Positions 30,701 to 35,637 of a DNA stretch of 35,637 nucleotides are shown here, in pieces; the first letter of the stretch is position 1; every line of letters begins with the position of its first letter. Position numbers and translations under genes: made by a program. This DNA comes from Chrysochromulina tobinii. Taxonomy: Eukaryota. Location: assembly GCA_001275005.1 (NCBI GenBank), contig JWZX01003246.1, positions 1 through 35,637 of the forward strand, written 5' to 3'. The notes beneath the pieces were generated by a model, which saw only the letters and a program-made list of their open reading frames with translations, was not told the origin of the DNA and did not search any database.

Positions 30701-33700
30701 TGGCGGTGTGGGTGGTGCGGCTCGCAGCAGCCGCACCCAGGGCGGACGGGGGATGCGTGGGCGCCGTGCTCATCTTCGTGGCGGGCCTTTCAGACATTGA
30801 GGAGCTCGCCGAGAGCTTCAACGGCCTACCGGCCTACCGTTTCGTCCCCATCCACTCCGATTTTGCCTTCGAGGAGCAGATTGAGGCCTTTGCACCCGCG
30901 CCCCCTGGCATCACCAAGATCATCGCCGCCACGAACGCTGCCGAATCGAGTGTCACGTTACCCGACGTAGACGTGATCGTCGACCTGGGCGTCGCCAAAA
31001 CGGTGAGCTATGACGCCACGCGGAACGCCTCGGTGCTGTCGCGCACGTGGCTCGCCAAGGCCTCCGCCACGCAGCGCGCCGGGCGGACTGGCCGCGTGCG
31101 CGCTGGCACCGTGTATCGGCTGTACACGCAGAACCTCTTCGAGGCGCTACCGGCGCATGATGTCTCGGGGATTTGCGATCAGCCACTTGAGGCCACGGTG
31201 CTGCAGCTGCGAGGGATGCTCACCAACGATCAGTCGGTCAGTAGCCTCCTCGATGAGGCGATCGAACCGCCCGAGCTCGCGGCCGTCGGCGGCGCTCTCA
31301 TCCGGCTCGCTGCACTTGGCTTCCTCCAACTGCCTCATGGTGACAACCAGGCGGCCGCGGCCGCGGCCTACAATGAACTCCAGGCCGCGCTCGCCACTAT
31401 ACCGCGATCGAACGGGCGAGAGGATGCTGCGCGCGCAGTTCGCGAGGAGGAGGACGACGACGCTACTTCGCGGGGCGACGGTGCAAGGGCGGCGCTGCGT
31501 TCATCGCTGTTCTGCACGCTCGGTGGCCATCTGGCGGCGCTCGACTGTGCTGGACTCTCGGCTACTGGTCGGCTCGCAGCTTCGCTCCCGGTCGACTACA
31601 GGCTCTCACGCCTTGTCGCGCTGGGCGTGCAGCTCGAGTGCGCCGCCGAGTCGATCGTGCTCGCGGCGGCCATTGCGATGCCCAAGCCCGTCTTCCGTGC
31701 AGCGTCGCCGCTCGTGCAGCCCTCGCTGGCAGAGTACAACGAACTCGTCAGGGTGGTGGCCGAAGGGCGCAAGGCGTTTGATGGTGAGGTGCACTCGGAA
31801 CCTCTCTCACACCTTTCCTTGTATGCCGCATTGATGCGGTCGGAGAGCGGGCGCCTGGCCAATGACAGCGTTGAGGCCGAGGGGGGTGGTCTTGAAGACG
31901 TTGGTGGCGTGGGCGAGGACGACACGGCAGCCGCAGCGGTGGGGGCTCACGCGTCTGCGCGCGATGCGACCGATGGTTTGGCCGCCGCGCAAAGCGAGGC
32001 GCTGCCTCGGCGCAAGGCGACCGTGCGCATCAATGCCAACTGGTGTGCACAACACGGCCTTGCACCGAGGCAGGTGCGCATGCTCTGCTCGACCGTCAGC
32101 TCGCTCATCCACGTTGTCGCGCGCCAGTTGAGCATTCCCATCGATCAGCTACGCCTGAACCCGGACGTCCACCTACCCGGAGGACGCGAGGGCAGCTTCC
32201 GTACGGCCCGGTTGCGTGTGCTGCTTGTGTGGACCTTCCCACACATCCTCATCTGCGCACATCTGCCCAAGCGTGTGCTTCGTCAAGCTGTTGGCGGCAG
32301 TGACGGCGGCGATGGTGAGGGTCCTGACGTTGCGGTACTGGCAGCCGACGGCGGCGGCGGCACGAGCGTGCATCTGGGCACCGTAGTGCCAAAAGCGACG
32401 CTCGAGGCACTACTCCCGCGCCCGTTGCGATGGGTGTCGCTCATGCGCTGCTGCGATGTGATCCAGGCCGCACATGCGCGCCTGCCAGGGCCCTCGCTGG
32501 ATGCCCTCGACAACGTTATCGAGGGCATGCTCGTGCCTTGGCTGGCGCCGCAATTTGTGTTCATCATGTTCCCTGGACAGGGCTCAAGCGAAGAGCTGAT
32601 CGCGTGGGTGCACGTCGAATGTGCCGACGAAGCCCGAACGCGGATCGCGCCGCTGCTGCAGCTGACAACCGAGACGATCGACTTCCAGGTGGCGGTGGCG
32701 CGCACGATTCCCACGCACGCAAGCGGCGTCGGTGGGGAAGCGGGTGATCCCCTAGCGTATGGGTATGCCACGGCTGGTGAGACGAATGGCACCAGCGTGC
32801 CGGCCGCGGCCCCGTCGGCGAGGTACATGAGGCTGGTCGCCTCCTTGGCATCGGACCGCGGGCAAAAGAAGGCATTCGAGCACTACCGCTCACGGCGCGG
32901 TCTCGCACGCGACCACCGCGTCGTGTCCGTGCGCGTGATGGCCAATGGCACCGCCTCGGTGATGGCGGCCAATTGCGAACCTCTGACGGCGCCCGTGGGT
33001 GCCACGTTACCCAGACGCAACGGGCGTGGGGGTGGCGGCGCCAGCGCGGCACAAAAGTCGAGCCTCGCGCTCTCGCCGGACGCGGCGGCGGTACTTGCAG
33101 CGTTGCTCGGGCCGACAGCACAGTTCAAAGTGAAGCCTGGGCAAGCGGAAGAACGTCAGACTATCCGCTTTGAGGCAGATGAGCTGCCAGACGAGGATGG
33201 CGATTATGGGGACCGGCTCCCCTCGATCATTCGTGATCGGCCGTGGGGCGTTCGGCTACTTTGCCTGATGGCGTCGGGCCATCGCGACCGCCTTCTGCGG
33301 ATCGATACTTCCGACCCAACCAATCAGCCAGGCGGCCTTGCCATCAAGACATCAGCACGTCTTGGCCTCGAATGGACCCTTGTGGCCGCGGAGGCGAAGG
33401 CTCTCCTGCCGCGCTTCTCCCTCTTGCGGGTGTCCATTCCCGAAGTGGAGGAGGATCTGCGCGTGTGGGCGGTCGGCGCGTGCGTGCTTGACCTCGGCGG
33501 GCATAGTGGCCGCGGCACGCTGGTTTCTGTCGATCACGCCACACTGCTGCCACCGGGGGACGAGTGGCTCGCAGCAGTCCTTCGGTGTTCACCCACCAAT
33601 GTCAACATGCCCACCGAAATCACCAGAAGCATCCTGCCGGCTGCGCAGCGCATGAGCGCGGACTCTGTGCGCGCCGCACTCGACTTCACGGTGCTCAGAG

Positions 33701-33984
33701 CACAGCCGGCGGCTGCAGCGGCGCTGCGCAGCCTGCTCGATCCTTGGCTGCCTGGCGATGGCGGCGAGAGGCTCGGCGGCAACGAGACCATAGATTGCCC
33801 AATTTGCTTTGCGCACTACCACACTCTCACTGGGCAGGTGCCTCGCATGGAATGCTCGACCTGCCACAATCACTTCCACGCCGCCTGCTTGTTCCGATGG
33901 TTCCGCCTACGTGCGGCGGAGCGCCGTGGCGATGCTTTGGCTGCACTCGAGAACTTGTGTCCGCTCTGCCAGCAACCGATGTAG
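27712..33984 (+). CDS. Multidomain protein: FEN1/XPG-fold PIN nuclease + CxxC zinc ribbon + DEAH-box RNA helicase + C4HC3 RING (Ltn1/FANCL-like)
   Basis: Nuclease motifs MGIRGL, LIDG, YIDG, EGEAD, GDDTDF, GGND. Helicase motifs GETGCGKS, QPRRIAA, DECH, SAT, ATNAAESSVTLPDV, QRAGRTGR. RING CPIC..CSTC..H..CLFRWF..CPLC. One uninterrupted ORF. Confidence 0.88.
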   Translation: MGIRGLAAWLEEHAAAVNNVQTLTRGGMLLIDGCGFAYHLLHLLPATARLSDYTALHDATILAVAALRACGLSLRVYIDGRATRLKRRTLEHRKLRRADCWEGLMAACLDGRQIAASEYPEPMLLQQQVEASLVEASVPIVHCEGEADAELARDCAGSSSWAWVLGDDTDFLIYAGVRCIRFCDLVAQPMGDFVSVPACSAPWPLLGCSAGSISRLDLAASARVWDRALLMQLSELPDEQAVVEWALLGGNDHTSGLDWGILGEPFGENAHELSEDDGEGGGEGGGGDGGGDGGGGEGGGAGGGGAFSSAAARLELIRKCMMRRLDLSHEPGEGEDHQDGGERRLPALLPARSPSSRRPTLVERLPVSAVELSEAVRFSQALYEHADTSMFPLDRAHEEASVEVVIPAGCAESVGEVALAELARGGGLIHVHRSDGSNQPALGTRHGEARCDPVHLRALRRLLDGERCNAATMGDVGTTRNLLPRLAWADVLVGRRFEAACRELLKSGLFPRVAPKDIFDGLSFHRLCALERQTAHEAAAQPPTLLPPAQPLPRSSEKHLQVDANVREHRQRIAPCTASPIGPSPDPSSLPLPSASLLLLFNTRRTSLSDGSPRRRSPPPVAAAASSSPLASLEVVSPSRAVALPRLASPRLQPLQAIAHRKPKAMGTQASCSGIPPADASLSASLSGRREGFGPCVHCGRSRHGEYDDDDAATPLYCLVCWKAYDADWTAPASPSAPATALSAAASPPGQSSALPVDQFEADVIRSSANHRVAIITGETGCGKSSRVPMMLLQASGGGLGTGLIFVAQPRRIAAYSLYTRAVSMGYGDIVGLRMGQDTRVEGPKTRLFYVTTGYLARMASHHPEAFERVSHLILDECHERSIEADVLCVMARQLLRRFRTLRVVLMSATVHTEMYVKYFAAQLHASAVSRPLHVGGARFPITVQYLDAVQEMVALPDRLRKAAGKLATKIDGLSALPAAEIRTSHSSAIAGLQLELAVWVVRLAAAAPRADGGCVGAVLIFVAGLSDIEELAESFNGLPAYRFVPIHSDFAFEEQIEAFAPAPPGITKIIAATNAAESSVTLPDVDVIVDLGVAKTVSYDATRNASVLSRTWLAKASATQRAGRTGRVRAGTVYRLYTQNLFEALPAHDVSGICDQPLEATVLQLRGMLTNDQSVSSLLDEAIEPPELAAVGGALIRLAALGFLQLPHGDNQAAAAAAYNELQAALATIPRSNGREDAARAVREEEDDDATSRGDGARAALRSSLFCTLGGHLAALDCAGLSATGRLAASLPVDYRLSRLVALGVQLECAAESIVLAAAIAMPKPVFRAASPLVQPSLAEYNELVRVVAEGRKAFDGEVHSEPLSHLSLYAALMRSESGRLANDSVEAEGGGLEDVGGVGEDDTAAAAVGAHASARDATDGLAAAQSEALPRRKATVRINANWCAQHGLAPRQVRMLCSTVSSLIHVVARQLSIPIDQLRLNPDVHLPGGREGSFRTARLRVLLVWTFPHILICAHLPKRVLRQAVGGSDGGDGEGPDVAVLAADGGGGTSVHLGTVVPKATLEALLPRPLRWVSLMRCCDVIQAAHARLPGPSLDALDNVIEGMLVPWLAPQFVFIMFPGQGSSEELIAWVHVECADEARTRIAPLLQLTTETIDFQVAVARTIPTHASGVGGEAGDPLAYGYATAGETNGTSVPAAAPSARYMRLVASLASDRGQKKAFEHYRSRRGLARDHRVVSVRVMANGTASVMAANCEPLTAPVGATLPRRNGRGGGGASAAQKSSLALSPDAAAVLAALLGPTAQFKVKPGQAEERQTIRFEADELPDEDGDYGDRLPSIIRDRPWGVRLLCLMASGHRDRLLRIDTSDPTNQPGGLAIKTSARLGLEWTLVAAEAKALLPRFSLLRVSIPEVEEDLRVWAVGACVLDLGGHSGRGTLVSVDHATLLPPGDEWLAAVLRCSPTNVNMPTEITRSILPAAQRMSADSVRAALDFTVLRAQPAAAAALRSLLDPWLPGDGGERLGGNETIDCPICFAHYHTLTGQVPRMECSTCHNHFHAACLFRWFRLRAAERRGDALAALENLCPLCQQPM

Positions 33985-34197
33985 TACCGTATGTTGTAGG
34001 GCTCCAGGGGCGGAAGACGACTCCCTCTTCTCTTCGACGTAAAAAGCGCATAGAGTACTAAGTAAGTCCTGCCAAGCGTCCCGCAAATGCATAATCTCTG
34101 GTCGCCCCTGGGTCGTGATGACGCAGACAATCACCCATCCTTTATGCGCCAATGCCTTGCGCGAAGAGACGAGACTTCTCGAAACAGAAACGTTGCC

Positions 34198-35110
34198 ATG
34201 GCGGAATCGCCCAGCGGCAAGGATGGGTTCGTACGTTCGATGCTCGGGCCGCAACTTAACAGCGCGCACAGCTCAGCGCCTGTCTACGGCTTTGGTACGA
34301 GCACACGCGAGCATCGGGAGAAGACGTTCGTGTCTCCCCAGCACTCAAAGCTCCAACCAAACCCCAAAGCTTCACCCGGGCCCAGCGGCGTATGGCGCGA
34401 CAAGCACACTTGGGAGGCAGACTGACGGCAGGCTAGAATCGTCGCCGAACTGGGTGTTCGGCTCGGGCGATCGCTTCAGCGGCGGCCCGAAGGCGTCCAA
34501 CGTCGGCCCCGGCAGCTACAATGCATCCTCGTCAATTGGCCTGCAGTTAACAGGCGGGGATTCGTCGCCATCATATGGCATGGGCTCCAGCACGCGCGAC
34601 GGGGTCCAGACGGTCTACATCTCAGAGGACCACAGCAACTCGATGCTTGCTGGCCGTAGCACGAAGACGGTGCCCTTTTACTCCTCGCCCACCGCCGTTG
34701 GCAAGCAGCTGTCGTCGGTGAAGTCCACCGAGCCGACGTGGGTCTTTGGCAAAAATAAGCGATTCCAGGATCCCGAGCTCAATGCCAAGGCCAAGATCCC
34801 GGCGCCAGGCGCTCACGGAGAACGTGTCCGAACTGGGATGGGGCCGCAGCTGCTGTCTGCCTTTCCCTCCGCTCCGTTGCCAGGCTTCGGAACGTCGACA
34901 CGCGACCACGCTGCGAAGCTGTTTATGTCGCCCGCCCACGAAAAGACGAAGAGCTACGGTAAGGGCTCGCCGGGACCGGCGCTGTACCTGCCGCCGATTG
35001 CAAAGCGCTCTGCGCCTTCTTACGGCTTCGGTTCGTGTGACCGGTTCTACACGCGAAAGATGGCGCTGCGAATCGGTAACACGCCGGGCGCAGCGCATTA
35101 CAACGTCTGA
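34198..35110 (+). CDS. SHIPPO/ODF3 (CIMAP1/STPG)-like PGP-repeat ciliary protein, with an apparent single-base frameshift at ~34375-34383
   Basis: Repeats of SxPxYGFGTSTR / WVFGxxxRF and PGPxxY. The N-terminal repeat (ATG 34198) lies in a different frame from the rest, switching at TCACCCGGGCCCAGCG. Confidence 0.7.
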
Positions 35111-35637
35111 GGTCTGAGGCCTTGAGAGGCTGCTCGAAGAGGCTGCGACACGAAAACAACAGAATCCGCGGATGAAAATGGCACGACTCGAATGAGTCGG
35201 ACTCAAAGCTCTGCACCCTCGAGCACTTTTCGAGGAAAGGATGAGTGCATACCAGGATGCGTGTGTGCGCATTGCAGTGAGTGGAGTCGTCGACACCCGA
35301 CCCGAGTCCCGACCGATCCCGCGCGCCTCCAGCACCGACGGGCCACGCCGCCATGCAACACGGCGCATTGTGATCGAGATGCAATACGCTTCAGTACTGT
35401 GTGGTGTGTGTGTGACGGGTCCGGAACGTCCGGTCGCGGGTCGATGCACGGAGGCATTAAACCCCCCCGCGGGCCGCCCCCGCTAGAGGTAGTAAGAGCA
35501 GACTCGCCAAAGACGACCAAACACTGTTGAAGTGTTTAACACAAACTGCGAGCGGTAGGGGGGGGTCTTTCCCCCGGGTGGGGAGTCAGTTAACCTGCTT
35601 ACGGAACATTCCCAGAGACCGGTAAGTGAGCTCCGCC

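Noticed and set aside
35450..35637. C/G runs and small hairpin (AAACACT..AGTGTTT) at the window end, possible element terminus
   Set aside because: No partner repeat or ORF within the window, so it cannot be supported.

Overview
Gene-dense, GC-rich eukaryotic genomic DNA with short GT-AG introns. The composition, the gene style and a xanthorhodopsin-type rhodopsin suggest a haptophyte alga such as Chrysochromulina; this is inference only. About 16 protein-coding genes are present, in order: a 5'-truncated Pro-rich membrane protein, Vma12/TMEM199, CCT5, a DnaJ-ankyrin-CaaX protein, COQ2, a Jagunal-like 4-TM protein, an MFS transporter, an intron-split DTE proton-pump rhodopsin, an ABHD17-like hydrolase (1 intron), HYLS1, a putative glycosyltransferase-like protein, FAM161, CKS1 (2 introns), a WW-WW/(RCK_C-like)x2/IQ protein, a ~2090-aa PIN nuclease + DEAH helicase + RING fusion, and a frameshifted SHIPPO/ODF3-repeat protein. 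A ~1.2-kb segment bounded by inverted repeats (MITE-like) lies downstream of the rhodopsin. The most striking object is the single ORF joining an intact FEN1/XPG-fold nuclease, a DEAH RNA helicase and a Ltn1/FANCL-type RING. No rRNA, tRNA or CRISPR array was recognised. All family calls are by eye, with no database searches.
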